In this document: positions 27,955-39,904 of the stretch, piece after piece | Numbering within the stretch: position 1 is the stretch's first letter | How the letters are laid out: the number at the start of each line of letters is the position of its first letter | NCBI GenBank assembly: GCA_964016885.1 | Contig: OZ024742.1 | Span: forward strand, 31,992,001 to 32,056,000 | Source: Eledone cirrhosa | Lineage: Eukaryota | DNA: 64,000 nucleotides | Direction: 5' to 3' | Program-made: the position numbers and the translations under genes | The notes under the pieces: model-generated | The model's input: only the letters and a program-made list of their open reading frames with translations | Told to the model about the DNA's origin: nothing | The model's database searches: none

Positions 27955-28965
27955 CAGCACAGTCACAGATCAAGTCACCTGCCAGACGGGTACAACATAG
28001 TCTCAGATCAAGTCACTTACTAGACATGTACAACAGACTCAGATCAAGCCACTTGCCAGACATGTACAACCTAGTCTCAGATCAAGTCACTTGCCAGACA
28101 CTTACCACGTACAACAGACTCAGATCAAGCCACTTGCCAGACATGTACAACCTAGTCTCAGATGAAGTCACTTGCCAGACACTTACCATGTACAACATAG
28201 TCTCAGATCAAGCCACTTACCAGACATGTACAACCCAGTCTCAGATCAAGTCACTTGCCAGACTCTTACCATGTACAACATAATCTCAGATCAAGCCACT
28301 TACCAGACATGTACAACCCAGTCTCAGATCAAGTCACTTGCCAGACTCTTACCATGTACAACATAATCTCAGATCAAGCCACTTACCAGACATGTACAAC
28401 CCAGTCTCAGATCAAGTCACTTGCCAGACTCTTACCATGTACAACATAATCTCAGATCAAGCCACTTACCAGACATGTACAACCCAGTCTCAGATCAAGT
28501 CACTTGCCAGACTCTTACCATGTACAACATAATCTCAGATCAAGCCACTTACCAGACATGTACAACCTAGTCTCAGATCAAGTCACTTGCCAGACTCTTA
28601 CCATGTACAACATAATCTCAGATCAAGCCACTTACCAGACATGTACAACCTAGTCTCAGATCAAGTCACTTGCCAGACTCTTACCATGTACAACATAATC
28701 TCAGATCAAGCCACTTACCAGACATGTACAACCCAGTCTCAGATCAAGTCACTTGCCAGACACTTACCATGTACAACATAGTCTCAGATCAAGCCACTTA
28801 CCAGACATGTACAACCTAGTCTCAGATCAAGTCACTTGCCAGACTCTTACCATGTACAACATAGTCTCAGATCAAGTCACCAGACATGTACAGCACAGTC
28901 TCCGATCAAGTCACTTACCAGACATATACCCAGTCTCAGATCAAGTTACTTACCAGACATGTACA
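27955..28965. repeat. Intronic minisatellite with an 83-bp higher-order unit made of related 45- and 38-bp monomers (~12 dimers)
   Basis: CATGTACAACCCAGTCTCAGATCAAGTCACTTGCCAGACTCTTAC alternates with CATGTACAACATAATCTCAGATCAAGCCACTTACCAGA. The ORF track repeats at 83-bp offsets. Confidence 0.95.
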
Positions 28966-29066
28966 GTTATAATCATCACCGTCATTAAAACCCAGTGTTG
29001 TTTCATGTTGTTTTAATCTTAAATTTCTTCCTGTATTCTAACATGTAAATGAACTTCTGATTTTAG

Positions 29067-29166
29067 GGAAACTCTGTTACAAGTGACCCATGGAGTACGG
29101 GAATACTTTAACGTTATGTTAGGGACACAGTTACTCTACAAATTTGAGAGGCCACAATATGCTGAG
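29067..29166 (+). CDS. MORF4L1: MRG15 exon: ETLLQVTHGVREYFNVMLGTQLLYKFERPQYAE
   Basis: ttttAG acceptor and GTAAGT donor, phase 2-0. EYFNVMLGTQLLYKFERPQYAE is identical to human MRG15. Confidence 0.98.
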
Positions 29167-29850
29167 GTAAGTGATTGTTGGCTTTATATATTTCAACTTT
29201 CCATTTGTACCCTTGAAGGTGTTGTGGGAAGAAAGAACCGTTCTGTTGTAAGTTTCAAGGTCTCTCTTTACATGGTGCCACCGTTTGTACCCTTGAAGGT
29301 GTTGTGATCTTGTGTTTATAAGGTTAACTCTAGCAGTGACTACATCACTAACTCTTTACCATATAAACTACTACATGGTATGGTATACTATGGTTCCGTA
29401 ACTTTTAATGGAGTTGTAGGGACGCCATATTGAGATACAGCGTTACTTGGGTATTTTGAACCTGGCGGAGCCCATCTTTCTCCACATCTGAGTACAGCAG
29501 ATTATTTCTAGAGAAGGATAGAAAGTGATAGAGAGGAAGTGAGAAAGAGATATAGAGTAAGAATCAACCCCAGTACTAGACTGGTACTTTTTTGTGGATC
29601 TTGAAAGGATAAAAAGCATAGTTGACCTCAGTGAGATTTGAACTCAGAGAGCAGATAGCCAGCATGAATATCACAAAGCACTCTATCTGACGTTCTAACA
29701 ACTCTGCCACCTTTATACTACATACCCCTGCTATATCTCTGACTACCTCACTAACTCCTTACTATATAAACTACCTTTATACTATATAGCCCTGCAATAG
29801 CTGTGACTATATCACTAACTCCTTACTTTACTAATAAACTACTATTATAT

Positions 29851-30255
29851 TGCGGTGGATTGGCAGTATCGGTAGAGGGTTGGAACCATGCTTTGCAGCA
29901 TAGAGTTACAGCCCTTTACGAGTTCAAATTCCGCGAGGTTAATTTTGCCTTTCATCCTTACGGGGTCAATAAAATAAAGCACGAGTCACGCACTGGGATC
30001 GATTTAATCGACTTTCCCCTCCCCCAAAATTGCTGGCCTTGTGCCTATATAAGAAACCATTATATTGCAGTGGATTGGCAGTATCGGTAGAAGGTCGGAC
30101 GCCATGCTTTGACGCATAGAGTTACGGCCCTTGCCATTCTGTGTTCAAATCCCGCCGATGTTAACTTTGCCTTTCATCCTTACGGGGTCGATAAAATAAA
30201 GTACCAGTAATACACTGAGATAATTGCCGGCCTTGTGCCAAAAGTAGAAACAATT
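29851..30255 (+). mobile_element. Two tandem tRNA-derived SINEs with a Meta-like central domain; further copies at ~30678-30826 (+), 59406-59595 (+), 51648-51838 (-), 62780-63000 (-)
   Basis: TGGCAGTATCGG A-box-like and GTTCAAATYC B-box-like head. GCCTTTCATCCTTACGGGGTCGATAAAATAAAGTACC core recurs across the window. Confidence 0.75.
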
Positions 30256-30382
30256 ATATTACATAGCCCTATTATAGCTGTAACTATATCACTAACTCCT
30301 TACTAATATAATCTACTATTATACTACAAACCTATTATCAGATTCATTCAACACATTTTAAAATTTATTCTCCTGTTTTCAG

Positions 30383-30452
30383 ATTCTGGCTGACTACCCT
30401 GACACCCCTATGTCTGCCATATATGGAGTGATTCATCTATTACGACTCTTTG
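30383..30452 (+). CDS. MORF4L1: MRG15 exon: ILADYPDTPMSAIYGVIHLLRLF
   Basis: ttttcAG acceptor and GTAAAA donor, phase 0-1. Matches human ILADHPDAPMSQVYGAPHLLRLF. Confidence 0.96.
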
Positions 30453-30914
30453 GTAAAACAGATTCTGCATTCTATTTCTTAGTTTTATATCGAATAATAA
30501 TAATATTTAATTCGTTTGCAAGCAAACAGCTACATTAAACTATGTTTTAAGATGACCATCATCATCTTTTGCCACTGCTAGAAGAAAAGATGACAATGGT
30601 CATCTAAAAAGCATAGCACAGTGAGGCTGTTTGCTTGCAAATGATTTGAATATTATTATTATTATTATTATTCGATATTGAGTTCAAATCCCGCCATTGT
30701 TAGCTTTGCCTTTCATCCTTACTGGGTCGATAAAATAAAGCACCTGTAATGCACTGAGATCGATTTAATTGACTTTCTCCTCCCCGCAAAAAAATAATTG
30801 TTAGCCTTGTGCCTAAATCAGAAAGCATTATTATTATTTGATATAAAACTCACAAATACATTTATGTATCCAGCTATGTAAGAATAAAAAAACAAATTCT
30901 AATTTAGTTTTTAG

Positions 30915-31780
30915 ACCTCTCTAAGACAATGTCACTGGACCGAGATCTTTGGCGCTACGCAGTAATATAGAAGACCCGCCTTGCCTATGTACAAAGTGAA
31001 ACCTACAGTCAGTAGGCATCTCTTAACCAAATATACACCCCAATCCACTACCCCTACCCTATCCTCTCACTCCCACTAACCTCTCTCTGTAAAGTTGGTA
31101 CCATAACATCCAGTCCAAATAATGTGGTCGTGTAGGTAACACGGTAAAAAGTTCCCAGTTCCACACTGTAAATGTGGTTGGTGTTAGGAAGGGCATCCAG
31201 CCGTAGAAAACCTGCCAGATAGTCCTATATGAGCGAGACACGGTCACCCGACCAACCTTGCCTCAAGTGGGACAACTCCCGTCTAACCCATGCTAGCATG
31301 GAAGATGGATGTTAAACGAAGATGATGATGATGATTCCTCATTATATTCTCTGGGAGACCCAAGAAGACCTGGGATGAGGTGATAAAAGCCGACCTTACC
31401 CAATTACACCTCTCAAGGGCGATGACACATGACCGTAACCTCTGGCGTCATGCAGTAATACAGAAGCTGAAGCATATAGACAATATGCCCCTACACCCTC
31501 CCACTGCAAAGTGGTTGTGGAGATGCCACGGAAAAAAAGCACCCAGCCCACACTGTAAAGTGGACGTGTAGGCGCCACGGAAAAAAATCTCCCAGCACTC
31601 ACTGTAAATGAGGTTGGTGTTAGGAAGGGCATCCAGCTGTAGAAATCAAGCCAAAATCAGTTCCCGTATGAGTAAGACAAGGTCAGCCGACTGGACACTG
31701 CCCACAACAGGACAACCCATCTAACCCATGCTAGCATGGAAGAATGGACGTAAAACGGTGATGATGATGATGATGATGAT
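30915..31780 (+). mobile_element. Two 5'-truncated RTE-like LINE 3' ends with (GAT)n tails; a third copy at ~36665-37188
   Basis: Remnants GRPKKTWDEVIKADL...MTHDRNLWRHAV and DRDLWRYAV. Shared 3' UTR GGTGTTAGGAAGGGCATCCAGC...AACCCATGCTAGCATGGAA followed by (GAT)n. Confidence 0.75.
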
Positions 31781-32254
31781 TCTCCCTAAAGTTGTTGAGT
31801 TACATTCCATCACACTTAATACACTCTGTGTATTCCAGTTCTCAGAAAGGATTTACTGTATCCCTGCATGTTGTAAGAGGTGATTAAAAGAGTTGGTATA
31901 GGGAAAGTGTGTGGCTTTGTGGTTAGGGTGTTCAGCTCATGATCATAACATTGATTCCCAGACCAAGCTGCACATCATGTCCTTCAGCAAGATATTTCAT
32001 TTCATATTATTCTAGTCATCTCAGCTGAAAAAATGTGTACCAGTGGTAGCTGGGGGGGTTAACAAAATATTTTTTTTTTAAATAAGAACATTTTGGAGGT
32101 ATTTAGTAATATAATTAACTCTCATATTTAAACTGATGTTTAAAACACAATTTAACTCTTTCATTCTCTTATTATTGGCCTGCTCTCTACAGCAGGATGC
32201 CCTTCCTAATGCCAAACATGTTCAATATATGTTGTGTTATTTTTATTTTTCCAG

Positions 32255-32339
32255 TGAAAATTGGAGGAATGTTGACTTATACATCACTTGATGAGAAGAG
32301 TATCCAGTTGCTGATGCTGCACATTCATGATTTTCTACA
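32255..32339 (+). CDS. MORF4L1: MRG15 exon: VKIGGMLTYTSLDEKSIQLLMLHIHDFL(Q)
   Basis: ttccAG acceptor and GTGAGT donor, phase 1-2. Matches human VRIGAMLAYTPLDEKSLALLLNYLHDFL. Confidence 0.96.
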
Positions 32340-32530
32340 GTGAGTACTCCTCTATTTCTGTAGTCTTTTATTGGTTTCAATCATTAGACTGTGGCCATGC
32401 TGGGGCACCACATTGAAGGGATTTAGTCAATTGTATTGACACCAGCACTTATTTTAATGATTTCATTTTGTTGAACTGCCAAGTTATGGGGAATAAGCAA
32501 GTAGAAACATGCACACACATATATATCCAT

Positions 32531-32593
<63 letters not shown>

Positions 32594-32595
<2 letters not shown>

Positions 32596-32806
32596 GGGTG
32601 TGCCAAAAGTCACTTCTTACCTATTTTTATTAACAAAACATTACAAATTAACTCCAGGCTATTTTTTTTTTTATCTTTGAATTAAATTTCATAATTGGAT
32701 ATTGTTTTTATTCAACTTTAATCTGAAAGAAAAAAAATATGATAATCTAATAATAATAAAAAAATTATGAATTTCTTTAATAGGAAGTGACTTTTGGCCC
32801 ACCCTG
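32594..32806. mobile_element. Tc1/mariner-type MITE
   Basis: TIRs CAGGGTGTGCCAAAAGTCACTTC and GAAGTGACTTTTGGCCCACCCTG, TA on the right flank, inserted in a CA/TA microsatellite. Confidence 0.8.
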
Positions 32807-33289
32807 TATATATACACACAGACACACATATATATATATATACATATGTATACATATGTACATATATATATATATATATATATATTTGGTTTAGAAAAGC
32901 TACAATGGACACATCAAACATACACACAAATACCTGGACATGGTCCATTCTCAGACTAAAGCATAAGTAAAACCAGTTAGGTGAGTTGGTATGGCCCTAC
33001 AGTTTTGTTGGAAACCTACTCCCCTCAACTTTTACTACTTTTATTTCGTTCTGTTCAATGTTCTGTTAAATTATAGACAATACATGTACAGGTATATACC
33101 TGTAACACATATATAATCATATATATCTATATTTGTATATACCAGAAACACATACATAACCATATATCTATATATGTATATACCTGCAACACATGCGTAA
33201 TCTTATATATATACCTGAAACACATACATAATCATATTATATATCTACCTTGGATTACTGAAATACTTAGTGAGCTGTTTGAAATGGGG

Positions 33290-34190
33290 CTTATATTTTA
33301 CATCTGGCGTGGTTCTATTACCATCTTTAGCTAGCTGGCCTATATTTTACATCTGGCCTGGTTCTATTACCATTGTTAGCTGGCCTATATTTTACATCTG
33401 GCCTGGTTCTATTACTATCGTTAGCTGGCCTATATTTTACATCTGGCCTGGTTCTATTACTATCGTTAGCTGGCCTATATTTTACATCTGGCCTGGTTCT
33501 ATTACCATCTTTAGCTAGCTGGCCTATATTTTACATCTGGCCTGGTTCTATTACCATCTTTAGCTGGCCTATATTTTACATCTGGCCTGGTTTTATTACC
33601 ATTTTTAGCTGGCCTATATTTTACATCTGGCATGTTCTATCACTATCTTTAGCTGGCCTATATTTTACATCTGGCCTGGTTCTATTACCATCGTTAGCTA
33701 GCCTATATTTTACATCTGGCCTGGTTCTATTACCATCGTTAGCTAGCCTATATTTTACATCTGGCCGGGTTCTATTACCATCGTTAGCTAGCCTATATTT
33801 TACATCTGGCCGGGTTCTATTACCATCGTTAGCTAGCCTATATTTTACATCTGGCCTGGTTCTATTACCATCGTTAGCTAGCCTATATTTTACATCTGGC
33901 CGGGTTCTATTACCATCGTTAGCTAGCCTATATTTTACATCTGGCCGGGTTCTATTACCATCGTTAGCTAGCCTATATTTTACATCTGGCCGGGTTCTAT
34001 TACCATCGTTAGCTAGCCTATATTTTACATCTGGCCTGGTTCTATTACCATCGTTAGCTAGCCTATATTTTACATCTGGCCTGGTTCTATTACCATCGTT
34101 AGCTAGCCTATATTTTACATCTGGCCTGGTTCTATTACCATCGTTAGCTAGCCTATATTTTACATCTGGCCTGGTTTTATTACCACCTTT
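33290..34190. repeat. Intronic 45-bp minisatellite (~20 units)
   Basis: Unit TATTTTACATCTGGCCTGGTTCTATTACCATCGTTAGCTAGCCTA. Confidence 0.96.
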
Positions 34191-34305
34191 GGCAGGCTTC
34201 CATACACATCTTGTCCGATGTTGGTGGTAGTGATCGTGGTCTATTTGTCTGTCCGTCCAGTTATCTACCCATCCACCCACCTGTCTATCTCTTTGTCTAT
34301 TTCAG

Positions 34306-34390
34306 ATTTCTTCAAAAGAACACCTCATCATTATTCAGTTTGTCTGATTACATTGTAGCATCACCTGAATACCACAGGAAAGCTATATAA
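34306..34390 (+). CDS. MORF4L1: MRG15 terminal coding exon: FLQKNTSSLFSLSDYIVASPEYHRKAI*
   Basis: tttcAG acceptor in phase 2 and TAA at 34388-90. Matches the human C-terminus YLAKNSATLFSASDYEVAPPEYHRKAV*. Confidence 0.97.
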
Positions 34391-34420
34391 ACAGCATTGC
34401 CACAGAGAGGGGAGCTGTGG

Positions 34421-35327
34421 CACAGTTCTATCCCAGAATAACAGAGACGGTGGGGGAGCTCTTCCACAGTTCTATCCCAGAATAACAGAGACGGTGGGGG
34501 AGCTCTTCCACAGTTCTATCCCAGAATAACAGAGACGGTGGGGGAGCTCTTCCACAGTTCTATCCCAGAATAACAGAGACGGTGGGGGAGCTCTTCCACA
34601 GTTCTATCCCAGAATAACAGAGACGGTGGGGGAGCTCTTCCACAGTTCTCTACCAGAATAACAGAGACGGTGGGGGAGCTCTTCCACAGTTCTCTACCAG
34701 AATAACAGAGATGGCGGGGGAGCTCTTCCACAGTTCTCTACCAGAATAACAGAGACGGTGGGGGAGCTCTTCCACAGTTCTCTACCAGAATAACAGAGAC
34801 GGTGGGGGAGCTCTGCCACAGTTCTCTACCAGAATAACAGAGACGGTGGGGGAGCTCTTCCACAGTTCTATCCCAGAATAACAGAGATGGCGGGGGAGCT
34901 CTTCCACAGTTCTCTACCAGAATAACAGAGACGGTGGGGGAGCTCTTCCACAGTTCTCTACCAGAATAACAGAGACGGTGGGGGAGCTCTGCCACAGTTC
35001 TCTACCAGAATAACAGAGACGGTGGGGGAGCTCTTCCACAGTTCTATCCCAGAATAACAGAGATGGTGGGGGAGCTCTTCCACAGTTCTCTACCAGAATA
35101 ACAGAGACGGTGGGGGAGCTCTTCCACAGTTCTATCCCAGAATAACAGAGATGGCGGGGGAGCTCTTCCACAGTTCTCTACCAGAATAACAGAGACGGTG
35201 GGGGAGCTCTTCCACAGTTCTCTACCAGAATAACAGAGACGGTGGGGGAGCTCTGCCACAGTTCTCTACCAGAATAACAGAGATGGTGGGGGAGCTCTGC
35301 CACAGTTCTCTACCAGAATAACAGAGA
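34421..35327. repeat. 44-bp minisatellite (~20 units) starting ~30 nt after the MRG15 stop codon
   Basis: Unit CACAGTTCTATCCCAGAATAACAGAGACGGTGGGGGAGCTCTTC with a TCTACC variant. Confidence 0.96.
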
Positions 35328-35429
35328 GGGGGGTGGGCTGTCTATGAGAAGTGAGTGTGTATGTGTATATAAATTAGTGTGTATGGATATGCATGAGTAA
35401 GACAGTGTGTATTAGTGGTGTAATGTGTG

Positions 35430-35558
35430 AATAAAAGTAACAGTCAATATATATGTGTGTATTATCAAAAGAGTGACTGAGGCCATGTGTGTGTATGTGA
35501 CTGAGGCCATGTGTGTGTATGTGACAGATTGGTATTGTGTAAGACAATTACTAATAAA
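35430..35558 (+). promoter_or_regulatory. Candidate polyadenylation signals for MRG15 (AATAAA at 35430-35435 and 35553-35558)
   Basis: First AATAAA hexamers after the stop codon, followed by GT/T-rich sequence. Confidence 0.5.
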
Positions 35559-36222
35559 GTATTTTGTTGTTGTTATTGCTATTGTTGTAAAGGTGTTTCA
35601 TAAAGTCAGATTCTGCAGACATTTGTACATAAACCATTTTCATCTTCCACCATTCTATTTCCATTCTTTAATGTTGGAACTTATTAAACTACAAATTCTT
35701 TAATAACAAAGCCACTTGTGTTTTTATTCATTCATATATATCATCATCATCATTTAATGTCAATTTTCCACGCTAACATGGGTTACACGGGTTGTCCCAT
35801 TAGGGGCAAGTTGGGTCAGGTGGCCTTGTCTTCCTCACACAGAATTGTTTCTGGCTTGGTGCCTACGGCTGGATGCCCTTCTCAATGCCAACCACATTTA
35901 CAGTGTGTGCTGGGTACTTTTTGTCGTGACACACGACCATTTTAAAGTATGGGCTGGATGCTTTTTGTCGTGACACCTACATGACCACTTTACAATGTGG
36001 ACTAGGTGCTTTTGTCGTAACATCTACACAACCACCTTACAGTGTGCACTGGGTGCTTTTTGTCGTGACACCTACATGACCACTTTACAGTGTGGGCTGA
36101 ATGCTTTTTATCGTGACACCCACACAACCACTTTACAGTATGGGCTGGATCCTTTTTTGTGATACCAACATAACTACAGAAGTGGGTTGGTGTAGGGGTG
36201 CAGGGTTGTATGGAAGGGGGTA

Positions 36223-36568
36223 TCATCATCATCATCATCATCATCATTTTACGTCTGCTTTTCCCTGCTTGCAAGGGTGTGACAGGAACTGATTCTAGCT
36301 TGATTTCTACAGCTGGATGCCCTTCCTAACACCAACTTCATTTACAGTGAGTGCTGGGTGCTTTTTTTCCGTGGCGCCTCCACGACCACTCTGCAGTGGA
36401 ATGACAGGGACCCCAGTCCTATCATCTCATTTCTACAGCTGAGTAAACTGGAGCAATGTGAAATAAAGTGTCTTGCTCAAGGAAACAACACATCACCCGG
36501 TCTGAGAATTGAACTCACAACCTTTCAATTGCAAGGCCAATTCTCTAACCACTAAGCCATGTGCCTCC
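36223..36568 (-). mobile_element. tRNA-derived SINE with CORE-like body and RTE-like (GAT)n tail, same family as 42150-42696
   Basis: Reverse complement matches the 42150 copy in head, body and tail. Confidence 0.8.
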
Positions 36569-38220
36569 ATCATATATATATATAGAGAGAGAGAGAGAGC
36601 GGTGCCCCAGCATGGCCTCAGCCGGATGGCTGAAACAGGTAAAAGAGTAAAATAAAAGAGTAGAGAGAGAGACGGTAGCCACGGAATAGGCAGACCCAGA
36701 AAAACCTGGGACGAGCTGATAAATTCCGACCTTACACCTCACCAAGACAATGTCACTGGACCGAGACCTTTGGCGGTACTCAGTAATAGAGAAGACCCGC
36801 CTTACCTAAATACAAAGTAAAACCTACTACAGTCAGTAGGCATCTCTAACAAAATACACCCCCCGTCCCACCACCCCCAACCCATCCACACCGCCCCTTT
36901 CAATGTAAAGTTATGTTGGTGCCACAACATCCAGGCCGAAACAAATGAGATCGTGTAGGTGTCACGTCAAAAAACACAGTTCACGCTGTAATGTGGCCGT
37001 GTAGGCAACACGGTAAAAACCTCCCAGCCCCGCACTGTAAATGTGGTTGGTGTTAGGAAGGGCATCCAGCTGTAGAAAACCCGCCAGATAGTCCTATGCG
37101 AGCAAGATAATCACTCTTGCCTCAAGTGGGAAAACCCCCGTCCAAACCCATGCAAGCGTGGAACACAGACGTTAAACGTTGATGATGATATATATATATA
37201 TATATATGGAGGAGGTTATAGTTCACTTGAAGCATTGTGTAATGAGGCATAAACGTTTGAATATGTATAATAAAGCCAAAACAATGCAGGTATGGACAGA
37301 AAAAAGAATGCAATTGCAAAAGATATTGTTGACAATTCGTCTTTTACCTTAGATTTATTTTAAACGTCCTTAATTTTCGAGATAATATCTCTTCTTTAGA
37401 GGGAAATAAAGGTCTCAAACCAGCGTTCTAAATATCTTGCCAAGCCATGCTGACAGGAAATAGTATAGAGTATCTGTTCTATCTCTAATGTCAAAGAATT
37501 AAAATTAGGTGGATAAAGGGTAGTCTCCCTTTAAAAGGGGTTTGTTTAGGGTTTTTTTTTTATATATACATGCCTGTTTAAGTGTGTGGGAGAATGCATG
37601 AAGGTGTAAGTATGTGAGTGTGAGAAGATAAGTCTATTCGTAAATGTGGGGGATAGGTGTTATCTGGTGTTAGAACTGGTTTGTGTGTGTATGTATGAGA
37701 GAGAATAAGTGGAGGTGTAAGCGTGTGTATGGGGTGTGTAAATATGGGGCTAGAAGCCCTATCAGGTTATAAATTGGGTGTTGAGTTCTAGTCTATTATT
37801 GATAGGTGGTTGTGTTTTATCTATAATTAGTGCTTCTTTAATTCTAAGATTGCCGAGGTTTCTTTCCTTAGTTTCTATCCTAACTGTTATGGTTTTGTCG
37901 GTGTTTTTGCATTTAACTAGGTGTTTCTTAAATGAGGAAGCGTTAGTATTGAGGTGTTCTTTTATTCTTATGTGGAGTGGTCTGGTGGTGCTACCTACGT
38001 AGAAGTTGTTGCATTTGTCACACTCTAGTCTGTATACGACGTAAGCCTGGTGGCATAGGTCTGTGTCGTTGATGAGGCAGTTGGCTAGTCTGCAGCAGTT
38101 GTCATGTCTGGTGGAGTGTCTTTTGGCTAGCTGTCCGCGCAGAGAAGGACCTGAGTGGGCCAGTTGGATATCTAGTCCTTCTCGTCGGATGGCTGTTGTT
38201 TCTTCACTGAAGTGTGGGAG

Positions 38221-39309
38221 CTTCAGCTTTTGTCCTTCACAGTAGACAACACGTACTTCACCTTCCACCACCACACATACAGACAGACAACAGGATTACC
38301 CATGGGATCCAGTCTATCGGGCCTGCTGGCCATCACCTACATGAACCAGCTAGAATGCCGAGCCCTCAACACCTGCCTTTCCCATGCCTTCTTCATCCGA
38401 TATGTAGATGACATACTCATCCTCACATCATCCCGTGAGGAGGCATATAAAATATACACAACATTCTCCAGCATGGACGCCAGTATAAAGTTCAGCATGG
38501 AACACCCCGATGACCGCGGATCACTATCCCTACTGGACTTCCAACTCAGGGTAACAGAGGAAGGCAACATCCACACCTGCTTCTATAAAAAAGCCGCCAG
38601 CAGGGACCTGTTCGTACATTTCAGATCGGCCCTCCCACTCGGTGCCAAGTTCCGATACATAAGGAACGAACTGGCACGTATCCGGAACAAATGCACCGAC
38701 GCTAGAGACCGAGACACACACACCACACATTTCCTGGAAGTACTCAAACTGAACGGATACACGACATCCACCACAAACCGTGCCAGAAAGAACAGAGGAC
38801 ACCACACCCGAGGCACTAACACTTGCTTCCTGAAGCTCCCACACTTCAGTGAAGAAACAACAACAGCCATCCGCAGAGCCATCAGACAAGAAGGACTAGA
38901 TATCCAACTGGCCCACTCAGGTCCTTCTCTGCGCGGACAGCTAGCCAAAAGACACTCCACCAGACATGACAACTGCTGCAGACTAGCCAACTGCCTCATC
39001 AACGACACAGACCTATGCCACCAGGCTTACGTCGTATACAGACTAGAGTGTGACAAATGCAACAACTTCTACGTAGGTAGCACCACCAGACCACTCCACA
39101 TAAGAATAAAAGAACACCTCAATACTAACGCTTCCTCATTTAAGAAACACCTAGTTAAATGCAAAAACACCGACAAAACCATAACAGTTAGGATAGAAAC
39201 TAAGGAAAGAAACCTCGGCAATCTTAGAATTAAGGAAGCACTAATTATAGATAAAACACAACCACCTATCAATAATAGACTAGAACTCAACACCCAATTT
39301 ATAACCTGA
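38221..39309 (+). CDS. Penelope-like RT (partial) plus GIY-YIG endonuclease; open frame, N-terminally truncated
   Basis: YRQTTGLPMGSSLS, RYVDD, SLLDF, LKLNGY, VVYRLECDKCNNFYVGST.R.L..RIKEH, EAL.I....P.IN motifs. Confidence 0.92.
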   Translation, partial: LQLLSFTVDNTYFTFHHHTYRQTTGLPMGSSLSGLLAITYMNQLECRALNTCLSHAFFIRYVDDILILTSSREEAYKIYTTFSSMDASIKFSMEHPDDRGSLSLLDFQLRVTEEGNIHTCFYKKAASRDLFVHFRSALPLGAKFRYIRNELARIRNKCTDARDRDTHTTHFLEVLKLNGYTTSTTNRARKNRGHHTRGTNTCFLKLPHFSEETTTAIRRAIRQEGLDIQLAHSGPSLRGQLAKRHSTRHDNCCRLANCLINDTDLCHQAYVVYRLECDKCNNFYVGSTTRPLHIRIKEHLNTNASSFKKHLVKCKNTDKTITVRIETKERNLGNLRIKEALIIDKTQPPINNRLELNTQFIT

Positions 39310-39683
39310 TAGGGCTTCTAGCCCCATATTTACACACCCCATACACACACACACACACGCTTACACCTCCACTTATTCTCTCTCACACATACACACACAA
39401 AACCAGTTCTAACACCAGATAACACCTATCCCCCACATTTACGAATAGACTTATCTTCTCACACTCACACACACACACTCACATACTTACACCTTCATGC
39501 ATTCTCCCACACACTTAAACAGGCATGTATATTAAAAAAAAACCCCTAAACAAACCCCTTTTAAAGGGAGACTACTCTTTATCCACCTAATTTTAACTCT
39601 TTGACATTAGAGATAGAACAGATACTCTATACTATTTCCTGTCAGCATGGCTTGGCAAGATATTTAGAACGCTGGTTTGAGAC

Positions 39684-39740
39684 CTTTATTTCCCTCTGAA
39701 GAAGAGATATTATCTCGAAAATTAAGGACGTTTAAAATAA
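39684..39740 (+). ncRNA. Minimal type I hammerhead-like ribozyme in the PLE pLTR
   Basis: CCT-CTGAAGA (39696-702), stem II GAGATA/TATCTC, GAAA (39717-20), palindromic AATT stem III, UUA site, then AGG pairing with CCT. Confidence 0.6.
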
Positions 39741-39842
39741 ATCTAAGGTAAAAGACGAATTGTCAACAATATCTTTTGCAATTGCATTCTTTTTTCTATG
39801 TCCATACCTGCATTGTTTTGGCTTTATTATACATATTCAAAC

Positions 39843-39904
<62 letters not shown>

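Larger units (their letters stand above)
37208..39848 (+). mobile_element. 5'-truncated Penelope-like retroelement with an inverted ~1-kb partial copy (37249-38226 is the reverse complement of 38830-39848), flanked by (TA)n on both sides
   Basis: Direct arm-to-arm comparison. ORFs 37762-38274 (-) and 38212-39309 (+) share an identical C-terminus. Confidence 0.93.

Noticed and set aside
33373-34280. Long ORFs on both strands (285 aa and 219 aa) with a 15-aa repeat
   Set aside because: A by-product of a stop-free 45-bp unit. It lies within the last MRG15 intron and has no ATG or exon support.
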